In this document: in pieces, positions 9,586-17,897 of the stretch | Layout: the number at the start of each line of letters is the position of its first letter | Numbering within the stretch: position 1 is the first letter of the stretch | NCBI GenBank assembly: GCA_964391455.1 | Contig: CAYMJQ010000001.1 | Location: forward strand, 15,865 to 79,864 | Origin: an uncultured Candidatus Saccharibacteria bacterium | GTDB taxonomy: Bacteria; Patescibacteriota; Minisyncoccia; Phycocordibacterales; DATDWN01 | Reading direction: 5' to 3' | DNA length: 64,000 bases | Program-made: the position numbers and the translations under genes | The notes under the pieces: model-generated | What the model saw: only the letters and a program-made list of their open reading frames with translations | Databases searched by the model: none | Told to the model about the DNA's origin: nothing

Positions 9586-10098
9586 ATGAGAACACCATCA
9601 TTTTTAACATCAATTTACGATACAGTTTTTTCTAGTAAAAAAATGGTTCCAGTATGGACTATCGCTCGTGTATATTTGGGATACGAGTGGCTGGTGGCAG
9701 GTTATGGAAAAATAACAAATCCAGTTTGGGTTGGGGAAAATGCTGGAGGAGCATTAACTGGTTTTGTAAATGGAGCTTTGACAAAAACAGTCGGAGATCA
9801 CCCTGATGTTTCTATGTGGTACGCATGGTTTTTAAAAAATGTAGTTTTGCCAAATGCAGACAGTTGGTCACATGCTATAGCGTATGGAGAATTTTTTGTT
9901 GGAATAGGTTTGATTCTAGGTGCTTTTACTTTTCTCGCAGCTTTTTTTGGTGCTTTTATGAATATGAATTTTCTACTTGCCGGAACAGTGAGTTCAAACC
10001 CAGTTTTACTACTACTTGCAATATTAGTTATGACTGCACATAAAGTTGCTGGTTACATAGGTTTGGATTACTACATACTAAAAACCGGCAGGTATTAA
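9586..10098 (+). CDS. DoxX-like small integral membrane protein
   Basis: It has four predicted TM helices and DoxX-like topology. The sequence match is weak. Confidence 0.45.
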   Translation: MRTPSFLTSIYDTVFSSKKMVPVWTIARVYLGYEWLVAGYGKITNPVWVGENAGGALTGFVNGALTKTVGDHPDVSMWYAWFLKNVVLPNADSWSHAIAYGEFFVGIGLILGAFTFLAAFFGAFMNMNFLLAGTVSSNPVLLLLAILVMTAHKVAGYIGLDYYILKTGRY

Positions 10099-10103
10099 TA
10101 AAA

Positions 10104-10127
10104 GCGGCAAGACAGACGTCTTGCCGC
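10104..10127 (-). terminator. Perfect 10-bp hairpin (GCGGCAAGAC-AGAC-GTCTTGCCGC) with a T-tract on the minus strand. It terminates the minus-strand lipoprotein gene and also sits right after the plus-strand gene
   Basis: The inverted repeat was read directly. The U-run (TTTTATT) is on the minus-strand side. Confidence 0.6.
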
Positions 10128-10148
10128 TCAAACTCGTCGGGAGCTAGC

Positions 10149-10466
10149 TCATTTCTGAGCCTGCTCCTGCTCCGTTTCTCCGCACCGGAGATTCATTTCC
10201 AGGGGATCCCTCCGGGAGTAAGCCCCCACAGGTTCTCCGTTCCTTAGGACACCAAGGTCTACCACCTTGACCTCGCCGGTATCCGGCTTGCACAAGACAT
10301 ACACATCGAAGTGCTGAGGCCTGGCGTTTAAGGGTTTCGTGGCGATGAACCACCCCGGGTTCTCGCCGAGAACGTACCTGTCAGCGTCGGTACGGCCGTA
10401 CGTCCTTCCTTCGCAGCCGATCGTGACAACCATCACCACCAGCAATAGTAGGATCTTCATAATCAT
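10149..10466 (-). CDS. Small lipoprotein (105 aa) encoded in a high-GC island
   Basis: The signal peptide MIMKILLLLVVMVVTIGC has a lipobox-like TIGC. Local GC is about 55-60% against roughly 33% in the flanks. There is no recognisable domain. Confidence 0.5.
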   Translation of the reverse strand: MIMKILLLLVVMVVTIGCEGRTYGRTDADRYVLGENPGWFIATKPLNARPQHFDVYVLCKPDTGEVKVVDLGVLRNGEPVGAYSRRDPLEMNLRCGETEQEQAQK

Positions 10467-10672
10467 CTTTCTAAGGCTTCTTAGTATACTCCTTAATTGA
10501 AGTATAACCTTCAGCCATCTCTATTACAATTATATCATTTTTACATATAAAGTCAATAATTGGGTTGACTTTATGTATCATTTTGTATATAGTGTTTATA
10601 TTGAGTCTTCTCTAATTTTTATTAGTTAATTGAGATGAAGATTATTTTAATCTTAACAACTCAATTAATATA

Positions 10673-11905
10673 ATGCACATAAATTCAACAAGCGGAGGTG
10701 TCCGTAGAGTTTTTAGACGGACAGGAAATAAAATTATGAGATCAGGTGCTAGATTACGCACTAAACAATCAATAAGAAAAAAAAATCGTGGAGGATTCGG
10801 TCAAAGTATCCATCCTTCTAGATTTGTTAACAAAGCAGTTATAACCGAAACAGCTGAAATTTTTGTTCCTCAATATAGATTTGCAGATTTTCTAATTGAT
10901 GAAAGATTAAAGGCTAACATAATATCAAAAGGATATGTAGAACCAACTCCAATTCAAGACAGGGCTATACCACACATATTAAAAGGTCAAGATGTTGTTG
11001 GTATTGCAAATACTGGTACAGGAAAAACAGCGGCTTTTCTTATTCCTCTTATTCACAAAGTTTTGAGCAATGAGAAAGAGAATATCCTTATAGTGGTGCC
11101 TACTCGTGAATTAGCAATACAAATAGAAGAAGAATTAAGAGGTTTTATTGGTGTTATGAGACTATTTTCAACGGTGTGTGTGGGTGGTTCACCTATTGGA
11201 GCTCAAATAAGAAATCTGAAATACAGAAATGAGTTTGTTATCGGAACTCCTGGAAGAATAAAAGATTTGATAGAAAGAAAAGTGTTAAATCTTTCTTATT
11301 TTAAAACTGTTGTGTTAGATGAGGCTGACAGAATGTTAGATATGGGATTTATAAATGATATGAAGTTTATGATGGAAAGAATGCCAAAAGACAGACATAC
11401 ACTGTTTTTTTCAGCAACACTTTCTCCAGAAATACAAGCTCTTATAAAAGATTTTTTGAAAAATCCAGTATCAATATCTGTAAAAACGGGTGATACTTCT
11501 AAAAATGTTGACCAAGATGTTGTAAGGGTACAAAAAGGAGAAAATAAAATTGATGTACTGTATAGTATGTTAATACAACCTGATTTTAATAAAGTTGTAA
11601 TTTTTGGCAGAACAAAACATGGTGTAGAAAAACTGACAAATATTTTAAAAGAAAGAGGTTTTAAAGCAGAGTCGATACACGGTGACAAAAACCAGAGTGC
11701 AAGACAAAGAGCTCTTAAAACTTTCAAGGAGGGTAGAACTCAGATATTGGTAGCAACAGATGTGGCGGCACGAGGATTGGACATAAGTGGTGTTTCTCAT
11801 GTTATAAACTTTGATATTCCGGCAACATACGAAGATTATGTTCACAGAATAGGAAGAACAGGGAGAGCAGGGAAAACCGGTAAGGCCTATACTTTTATTG
11901 AGTAG
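10673..11905 (+). CDS. DEAD-box ATP-dependent RNA helicase
   Basis: Q-motif, GTGKTAAF (Walker A), VLDEADRMLDMGF (DEAD), SAT and HRIGRTGRAG motifs are present. The true start is probably an internal Met (about 10736). Confidence 0.9.
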   Translation: MHINSTSGGVRRVFRRTGNKIMRSGARLRTKQSIRKKNRGGFGQSIHPSRFVNKAVITETAEIFVPQYRFADFLIDERLKANIISKGYVEPTPIQDRAIPHILKGQDVVGIANTGTGKTAAFLIPLIHKVLSNEKENILIVVPTRELAIQIEEELRGFIGVMRLFSTVCVGGSPIGAQIRNLKYRNEFVIGTPGRIKDLIERKVLNLSYFKTVVLDEADRMLDMGFINDMKFMMERMPKDRHTLFFSATLSPEIQALIKDFLKNPVSISVKTGDTSKNVDQDVVRVQKGENKIDVLYSMLIQPDFNKVVIFGRTKHGVEKLTNILKERGFKAESIHGDKNQSARQRALKTFKEGRTQILVATDVAARGLDISGVSHVINFDIPATYEDYVHRIGRTGRAGKTGKAYTFIE

Positions 11906-11960
11906 ATCCATCTATACATTAAACAAGCGTGCTTTTTCTGTTGTGGTAGAATATATATAT

Positions 11961-12704
11961 ATGAAAAAAGAGGTTACAGTACTTTTGTTGTGCGTTATTT
12001 TAATAGCTGGGATTTTTTATTACGGGAAAAAAGAAATTGGATCTGAAAATAGAAATGCGACCACAACTCCAGAAACTATAGTGTCTGTTTTTGAACCAGT
12101 CCCTATTATTTCCGAATATTCTTCTACAACTTATACAAGTATTACTTTAAACTACCCTAAATCATCCCCTACGGAATTTTCTGAAATCTATTTAACAGTG
12201 CGAGATATAAAAAATGATTTTATAAAAGCTTATGGTGGACTTACAGAAGAAGATGCAAGGGAAATGTATATTGATTCATCTAGTCCTTATGAAACTATTG
12301 TAAATACAAAAATAGAAAAATCTGAAAAGACCATCACTTATATACTTTATGTCTACCAATATACTGGAGGGGCTCACGGTGTTACTGGAGTTTATACTTT
12401 TACATATGATGAGAATGGAAAATTACTAAAAGAAAGTGATGTTTTTGATACTAATTATCTTTCAGTTATTGCACCTATGGCAAGAGATTATTTCTATATT
12501 AATTTAGGAGAATACAAAAATCCAACAATGATAGATGATGGCACAAGACCTGTTCATGAAAATTACCGTTCTTGGTATCTGACAAATGATGATGTGGTTT
12601 TTATTTTTGGACAATATCAAGTCGGACCTTATGTATTGGGAATACAAGAATTTCGTATAGATAAAGCAAAAATAGATAGTATTTTGAAAAGTAAGTATAA
12701 ATAA
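11961..12704 (+). CDS. DUF3298/DUF4163-type (RsiV/PdaC C-terminal-like) membrane-anchored protein
   Basis: There is an N-terminal TM (VTVLLLCVILIAGIFYY). The YQYTGGAHGVTGVYTFTYDENG motif is typical of DUF3298. The upstream in-frame extension to 11898 is unlikely to be coding. Confidence 0.5.
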   Translation: MKKEVTVLLLCVILIAGIFYYGKKEIGSENRNATTTPETIVSVFEPVPIISEYSSTTYTSITLNYPKSSPTEFSEIYLTVRDIKNDFIKAYGGLTEEDAREMYIDSSSPYETIVNTKIEKSEKTITYILYVYQYTGGAHGVTGVYTFTYDENGKLLKESDVFDTNYLSVIAPMARDYFYINLGEYKNPTMIDDGTRPVHENYRSWYLTNDDVVFIFGQYQVGPYVLGIQEFRIDKAKIDSILKSKYK

Positions 12705-12705
12705 G

Positions 12706-13878
12706 ATGCAAGAAAAGACAATAGTAACAGTTAGTCAGTATTTAGACAGAGTTAACTTGGTCTTAAAATCTGAGAAGGCAAAAATATTAGGGGAGGTTTC
12801 TGGTGTACAAGAATATCCAGGTCGTTCATATTTATATTTTTCTATTAAGGATTCCAAAGATGGAAGCACGATGAAGTGTTTTATGTGGAAGAGGGATTTT
12901 GTTATTTCAGGGGTGCAACTTAAGGACGGTTTGGAGATAGTGGTAACAGCATATCCTAGTGTTTATAAACCAAATGGAGGGTTTACTCTACAAGTTGAAA
13001 CAATAGAACTTGTCGGAGAAGGAGCTTTGCAAATAGCCTATGAAAAATTAAAAAAGAAATTAGAATTAGAAGGTCTATTTTCTCCAGAAAGAAAAAGAGA
13101 ATTACCAGAGTATCCTCATAAAATAGGAGTGATTACTTCAAAAAGCGGGGCAGTTATAAATGATTTTCTTACTAATATAGGAAAGTTTGGGTATGAAATT
13201 CTTTTTGTAGATTCAAAAGTTGAAGGAATAGACGCGGTAAAGGATTTATTGTTAGCTATAGAAATTTTGAAAAATAAAGATTTAGATTTACTTGTTATTA
13301 TGCGTGGAGGCGGTTCTCTTGAATCATTTCAAGCGTTTAATAACGAAGTTTTGGTACGTGTAGTCGCTGATTTTCCAGTACCTGTTATTACTGGAATAGG
13401 ACATGATAAAGACTTAACACTTGTCAGCATGGTCGCCGATAAAAATGTTTCTACTCCAACAGCCGTTGCTAATCTTTTGAATTCTTCTTGGGTGGAAGCT
13501 CTGTATAAAGTTAATTTATATCAAGAAAAGATTTTTACTGGTTTTGGTCAATTAGTAGATGTTTTTAAAAAGGCAGAGGACACTTTACTTAGATCTTTAG
13601 ACAGGATAGAGTCTTCAATTGTTCGGATGGAAGACAATATATCACAATATACTAAAGATATTTTAACGGGTTTTGAAAATAAAGTATCTATGATTTTAGA
13701 AATATTGAAAAACTCTGGTAAATTGATAGAAATATCTAATCCAGAAAGACAGTTAAAAAAGGGCTATAGTATTGTTAGAAATAAAGGAAAAGTTTTAAGG
13801 AGTGTGAAGGATGTGCAAAAGGGCGATGAGTTGGATATTACAGTATCAGATGGTAACATAATAACTAAAATAATATGA
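12706..13878 (+). CDS. xseA: Exodeoxyribonuclease VII large subunit
   Basis: It has an N-terminal OB fold plus a catalytic core (VITGIGHDKD...STPTAVA). The small subunit gene overlaps downstream. Confidence 0.85.
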   Translation: MQEKTIVTVSQYLDRVNLVLKSEKAKILGEVSGVQEYPGRSYLYFSIKDSKDGSTMKCFMWKRDFVISGVQLKDGLEIVVTAYPSVYKPNGGFTLQVETIELVGEGALQIAYEKLKKKLELEGLFSPERKRELPEYPHKIGVITSKSGAVINDFLTNIGKFGYEILFVDSKVEGIDAVKDLLLAIEILKNKDLDLLVIMRGGGSLESFQAFNNEVLVRVVADFPVPVITGIGHDKDLTLVSMVADKNVSTPTAVANLLNSSWVEALYKVNLYQEKIFTGFGQLVDVFKKAEDTLLRSLDRIESSIVRMEDNISQYTKDILTGFENKVSMILEILKNSGKLIEISNPERQLKKGYSIVRNKGKVLRSVKDVQKGDELDITVSDGNIITKII

Positions 13879-14093
13879 TAAAAAAACAAAACGATAAAAA
13901 TAAAACAAATCTGAATGAGACATTAAAGAAACTAGCTGCTATTACAGAGTGGTTTGAGAATCAGTCTGAATTAGATGTAGAAAAAGGTCTAGAAAATGTA
14001 AAGGAGGGTGCAGATTTAATAAAACAATCTAGAGAAAGATTGTTAGAAATAGAGAATGAATTTAAGGAAATTAAAAAGGAAATACAGAAGTAG
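13875..14093 (+). CDS. xseB: Exodeoxyribonuclease VII small subunit
   Basis: It is a 72-aa helical protein with a 4-nt overlap with xseA. The composition is typical of XseB. Confidence 0.75.
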   Translation: MIKKQNDKNKTNLNETLKKLAAITEWFENQSELDVEKGLENVKEGADLIKQSRERLLEIENEFKEIKKEIQK

Positions 14094-14099
14094 TTAAAA

Positions 14100-14876
14100 T
14101 TATTTGTTTTCGTGGTTGTTGTGATTGTGATTGAATTGGATACCGTTTCTAACTGGGGAGTTTTTAATTATGTCTACAATTTTATCCTCATCATCTTCTA
14201 TACAATAAAGACTAAGATCCTCTTCATCTATTGTTTTTCTTGAAAATAATTCATTTTTCATTAGTTCTTGTATGGGATTCCAAAAATCAGATCCGACTAA
14301 AATAATAGGAACTTTCTCAATTTTTTTAGTTTGGACAAGAGTTATTATTTCAAAGAACTCATCTAGAGTGCCAAAGCCACCTGGAAAAAATACATATGCT
14401 TCTGCAGAGAAAGAAAGACAAACCTTACGACTAAAAAAATAATAAAAATCTAGATTATCAGTAAGGTAATCATTTTTTACTTGGTTTTCTGATAATTCAA
14501 TAGTAAGACCTATGGAAGCCCCTCCACTTTCGTAAGCACCTCTGTTTGCTGCTTCCATTATTCCTGGACCTCCACCAGTTACTATGGAGTAATTAAGTTT
14601 GTCTGATATTTTAGAAGCTAGGGACATAGCTTTCTGGTACTCAGGAGAATCTTCTTTAAAGCGAGTTCCTCCGAAAAAGGTGACTGATTTTGGATATTTT
14701 CTCAAAAAATTAAAGGCATCAGTAAATTCTTTGGATATAAGATGGACTCTCTCTACGGCTGTATCGTGAAGTTGTTGTCTTGTAAGTATCTCCACTGGCC
14801 ATTGTTTGGGTGGTGTGTTTATTATTTTTTTGCTCATAAAGACTATTTTACTTGAGCTTTTGTTTTTGGCAAGCAA
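14100..14876 (-). CDS. LOG family protein (TIGR00730 Rossmann-fold nucleotide-binding / cytokinin riboside 5'-monophosphate phosphoribohydrolase-like)
   Basis: GGGPGIMEAANRGA and PGGFGTLDEFFE motifs are present. Confidence 0.8.
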   Translation of the reverse strand: MLAKNKSSSKIVFMSKKIINTPPKQWPVEILTRQQLHDTAVERVHLISKEFTDAFNFLRKYPKSVTFFGGTRFKEDSPEYQKAMSLASKISDKLNYSIVTGGGPGIMEAANRGAYESGGASIGLTIELSENQVKNDYLTDNLDFYYFFSRKVCLSFSAEAYVFFPGGFGTLDEFFEIITLVQTKKIEKVPIILVGSDFWNPIQELMKNELFSRKTIDEEDLSLYCIEDDEDKIVDIIKNSPVRNGIQFNHNHNNHENK

Positions 14877-14888
14877 GGGGGCCTGAGT

Positions 14889-15632
14889 TTATTGTTCTAA
14901 ACCTAGATTTTTTAAGAAAACTTCTTTATCATCATTTTTTATCTCTTCATATTCTCCTGGAGGAATTTTATTTAAGTATATATTTTGTATTCTTGTTCTT
15001 TTTAGATCCCTGACTGTATAACCAAGTTTTTCAGTCATTCTTTTTATCTGTCTATTTTTTCCTTCAGTTAAGGTTATTGAAAAAGTATCCTCGGTTATCT
15101 TTTTTATTTTGGCAGGTTTAGTAATTCCATCCCCAATATCTACTCCATTTTCTAAGTGTTTTACAAAAGATGGGCTGAATTTTCTATCTACTTTAACGAT
15201 GTACTCTTTTTCATGATTGTATTTTGGATTTAAAAGTCTGTCGGTTATTCTGCCGTCATTTGTAAGTATCATTAACCCATGAGATTCTTTATCTATCCTA
15301 CCTACCGGAAAAATATTTTTCTGTGTATATTTTTTATTTAGTTTTATTGTGTTCATTATACTTTTTTCATCATTTTGTGGGTTTGTACTCACCACTCCTT
15401 TAGGTTTGTTGTATGCAAGATATACATAATTATTTTTTTTAATTTTATCTTTTATTTCGACACTATCTGATATATTGACTTTGTCTCCTAGAACAGCAAT
15501 TCTGCCATTGATAAAAACTTTTCCGTTTTTTATTAATTCATCGGCACCCTTTCTGGTGGAAATACCTTTATTAGATAAATACTTATTGATTCTTATGGGT
15601 TCGGAAGTGTTGTTTTTGGTTTTGCTTTTCAT
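14889..15632 (-). CDS. rRNA pseudouridine synthase (RsuA/RluB family) with an S4 domain
   Basis: The S4 region is IRINKYLSNKGISTRKGADELIKNGKV. The catalytic motif is VGRIDKESHGLMILTNDG. Confidence 0.85.
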   Translation of the reverse strand: MKSKTKNNTSEPIRINKYLSNKGISTRKGADELIKNGKVFINGRIAVLGDKVNISDSVEIKDKIKKNNYVYLAYNKPKGVVSTNPQNDEKSIMNTIKLNKKYTQKNIFPVGRIDKESHGLMILTNDGRITDRLLNPKYNHEKEYIVKVDRKFSPSFVKHLENGVDIGDGITKPAKIKKITEDTFSITLTEGKNRQIKRMTEKLGYTVRDLKRTRIQNIYLNKIPPGEYEEIKNDDKEVFLKNLGLEQ

Positions 15633-15693
15633 TGTATACAGTATATACTATAAATATATAAAACATTTAATTTAAGAAGTCATGAATAAATAA

Positions 15694-16167
15694 GTGACTT
15701 TTGTCTCAAAGGTAATGAAGAGATTAAATAAAAATGAATGGGTTGCTGTGACAGTTTCTGTTTTTGTGGTTGGTTTTTTTCTTGTTTTTGGGAATTGGTT
15801 TTTATCTTTTTTTTCTAACTCTAATAATAATTTAACTCAAAATTTGCCACTTATGGCCCAAGACGTGGTTATGGGTTTGGGTGAGGAAGTTAAGTTAGGC
15901 GATAGAGTTGTGGTTCATTATACTGGAAGCTTTGCTGACGGGACTATTTTTGATAGTTCTCTTTACAGAAACGAACCTCTTCAATTTACAGTGGGTGCTG
16001 GACAGGTAATTCAAGGTTGGGATCAAGGTGTACAGGGGATGAAAGTTGGTGGTGTAAGAGTTCTTTCAATACCACCGGAGCTTGGTTACGGTTTTCAGGA
16101 TTATGGACCAATACCAGCTGGATCAACTCTTATATTTGAAATTGAATTACTTAGGGTAGATAGATAA
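15694..16167 (+). CDS. FKBP-type peptidyl-prolyl cis-trans isomerase with an N-terminal membrane anchor
   Basis: GDRVVVHYTGSFADGTIFDSS...VIQGWDQGVQGMKVGGVRVLSIPPELGYG is a canonical FKBP signature. Confidence 0.85.
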   Translation: MTFVSKVMKRLNKNEWVAVTVSVFVVGFFLVFGNWFLSFFSNSNNNLTQNLPLMAQDVVMGLGEEVKLGDRVVVHYTGSFADGTIFDSSLYRNEPLQFTVGAGQVIQGWDQGVQGMKVGGVRVLSIPPELGYGFQDYGPIPAGSTLIFEIELLRVDR

Positions 16168-16242
16168 ATATCTTTTATTACCCCCCTTATTTTAAAAAAA
16201 TATTCCTACTACGATATATCGTAGTAAAATACATTTCAAAAA

Positions 16243-16267
16243 ACAGCTTAAAATAAGCTGTTTTTTG
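16243..16267 (+). terminator. Intrinsic terminator after the FKBP gene (ACAGCTT-AAAAT-AAGCTGT followed by T6)
   Basis: Read directly from the sequence. Confidence 0.6.
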
Positions 16268-16280
16268 CATCCAAAAATAT

Positions 16281-16309
16281 TTGACAAATTTTTTTGGATA
16301 TGCTACACT
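16281..16309 (+). promoter_or_regulatory. Near-consensus sigma70-type promoter: TTGACA, a 17-nt spacer ending TGc, then TACACT (extended -10)
   Basis: Read directly. It lies immediately upstream of the GC-rich structured region. Confidence 0.5.
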
Positions 16310-16315
16310 GTTTAC

Positions 16316-16612
16316 GGACTGCTAAGGAGGGCTATAATACACGCCCGTAAGTCGGGTAGATCCAATCTGCTCGTTGGATCGGGGCCAAGCGGCCTGTTTC
16401 GTTGCCAGAGCCTGCTCTCCAGAGGAGCCAAGGTCCCCATTAGGGGCCAAGGTAATCCATCCTCGTCCAGACAAAAATCTGGTGAGGAGGATTCTCGCCA
16501 GGTTTTATGCCCAAAGTTCGAGCCCTAAGCAAGCTCGTTCAAAGGGACTGGGTAGTGGTCCTGCACTCCGTGGCCGATGGTACCGAAAGGTACTGTCGGC
16601 AACGGGGTTTTT
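16316..16612 (+). ncRNA. About 300-nt GC-rich structured ncRNA of unassigned family. It is a discrete transcription unit with its own promoter and an intrinsic terminator (17-bp stem, GAAA tetraloop, then GGUUUUU at 16568-16612)
   Basis: Local GC is about 55% in a roughly 33% genome. There are multiple internal hairpins (e.g. GGAUCCAA...UUGGAUC, GAGGGC...GCCC). Two overlapping ORFs (16265-16528, 16374-16652) lack an SD and look spurious. Short matches to the SRP-Alu and RNase P P4 regions (CUGCUAAGGAGGG, GUAAGUCGGGU) are not decisive. Confidence 0.4.
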
Positions 16613-16648
16613 CTTTATAAAAAAAATTAATAATGTTAGATTATTTAA

Positions 16649-17860
16649 ATGAATAAACCTTTAAGGTTTGAAATACAAAAGGAAATACCTGATTCATTAG
16701 GGAGGGTTGGCACAATAACAACACCTCATGGAGAAATACTAACTCCAGCTTTTGTAACTGTTGGCACAAAAGGGACTGTAAAATCACTTACTCCAGAACA
16801 AGTTAAAGATACCGGCGTACAAACTATTATTTGTAATACTTATCATCTTTATTTAGAACCTGGACCAGAAAATGTGGCAAAAATGGGTGGGCTTCATAAG
16901 ATGATGAATTGGTCAGGACCTCTTATGACTGATTCTGGAGGTTTTCAGGTTTTTTCACTTGGTGTGGCGTATGGAGCAGGTCTTAGTAAGGTTGCTCATG
17001 GTAAAACAAATGAACTTCTTTTGTCTGATACAAAAGAAGAAAACGATAAACCTAAAATAGCTAAAATTGATCCTAATGGGGTTATGTTTAGAGACCACTC
17101 TCGTGGCGATGCACATTATTTTACTCCAGAAAAATCTATAGAAATTCAGCACGCTTTAGGAGCGGATATTATTTTTGCATTTGATGAATGCACTTCACCA
17201 AATGAAACTGACCATTATCAAAGAGAAGCATTGGATAGAACACAAAGATGGGCAAAACAATCACTTGAATATCATAAATCAAAACCAAATTGTGAGACTC
17301 AGGCGCTATTTGGGATTGTACAAGGTGGTAGAAGTGAGAAGCTAAGAAAAGAGAGTGCTGAGTTTATCGGCAGTTTAGATTTTGATGGTTTTGGTATTGG
17401 AGGTTCTTTTGATAAAGAGGATATGAATAAAGCAGTGGAGTGGGTAAACACAATACTTCCAAAAGAAAAACCAAGACACCTTCTAGGTATAGGAGAACCG
17501 GAAGATCTTTTTATGGCAGTTGAAAATGGTTGTGATTTGTTTGATTGTGTTGCTCCAACTCGTATTGCAAGAAATGGTGGGGCTTATACAAAAAATGGAA
17601 AGATAAATTTGATGAATGAAAGATTTAGAGATGAGTTAGGCCCTATTGATGATGATTGCAAATGTTATACATGTAAGAATTTTTCTAAAAGTTATGTCGC
17701 CCATCTTTTTCATAGTAAAGAAATGCTTGCTTCTACACTAACATCTATACACAATATTCAGTTTATATCAGGTCTTGTTTCAAAAATACGAGAAGAAATG
17801 TTGAGTGGTGATTTTAAAAAATATAAGAAAGAATTTCTGTCAAATTATTTGAATTTTTAA
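16649..17860 (+). CDS. tgt: Queuine tRNA-ribosyltransferase
   Basis: LTPAFVTVGTKGTVK, DCVAPTRIARNG and the Zn site CKCYTCKNFSKSYVAHL are present. Confidence 0.9.
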   Translation: MNKPLRFEIQKEIPDSLGRVGTITTPHGEILTPAFVTVGTKGTVKSLTPEQVKDTGVQTIICNTYHLYLEPGPENVAKMGGLHKMMNWSGPLMTDSGGFQVFSLGVAYGAGLSKVAHGKTNELLLSDTKEENDKPKIAKIDPNGVMFRDHSRGDAHYFTPEKSIEIQHALGADIIFAFDECTSPNETDHYQREALDRTQRWAKQSLEYHKSKPNCETQALFGIVQGGRSEKLRKESAEFIGSLDFDGFGIGGSFDKEDMNKAVEWVNTILPKEKPRHLLGIGEPEDLFMAVENGCDLFDCVAPTRIARNGGAYTKNGKINLMNERFRDELGPIDDDCKCYTCKNFSKSYVAHLFHSKEMLASTLTSIHNIQFISGLVSKIREEMLSGDFKKYKKEFLSNYLNF

Positions 17861-17897
17861 TTTTATGTTAAAAAGTATCGTATAATTTAGTAATTAT

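Noticed and set aside
16316-16612. Assignment of the structured RNA to RNase P RNA, tmRNA, bacterial SRP RNA or a group II intron domain V
   Set aside because: I searched by eye for the P4 core (GGAAAGUCCGGGCUCC / ACAGAACCCGGCUUA), tmRNA tRNA-like ends (GGGG...CCACCA with a T-arm), SRP domain IV (GGAAGCAGCC) and the DV AGC triad. None is present in canonical form. Only short partial resemblances exist, so the family is left unassigned.
16265-16652. Two overlapping plus-strand ORFs (87 and 92 aa) within the GC-rich region upstream of tgt
   Set aside because: Neither has an SD, and they overlap each other. The region carries a promoter, extensive hairpins and a terminator, which fits a structured RNA better. 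Pro/Arg/Gly-rich translations are typical of spurious ORFs in GC-rich RNA genes.
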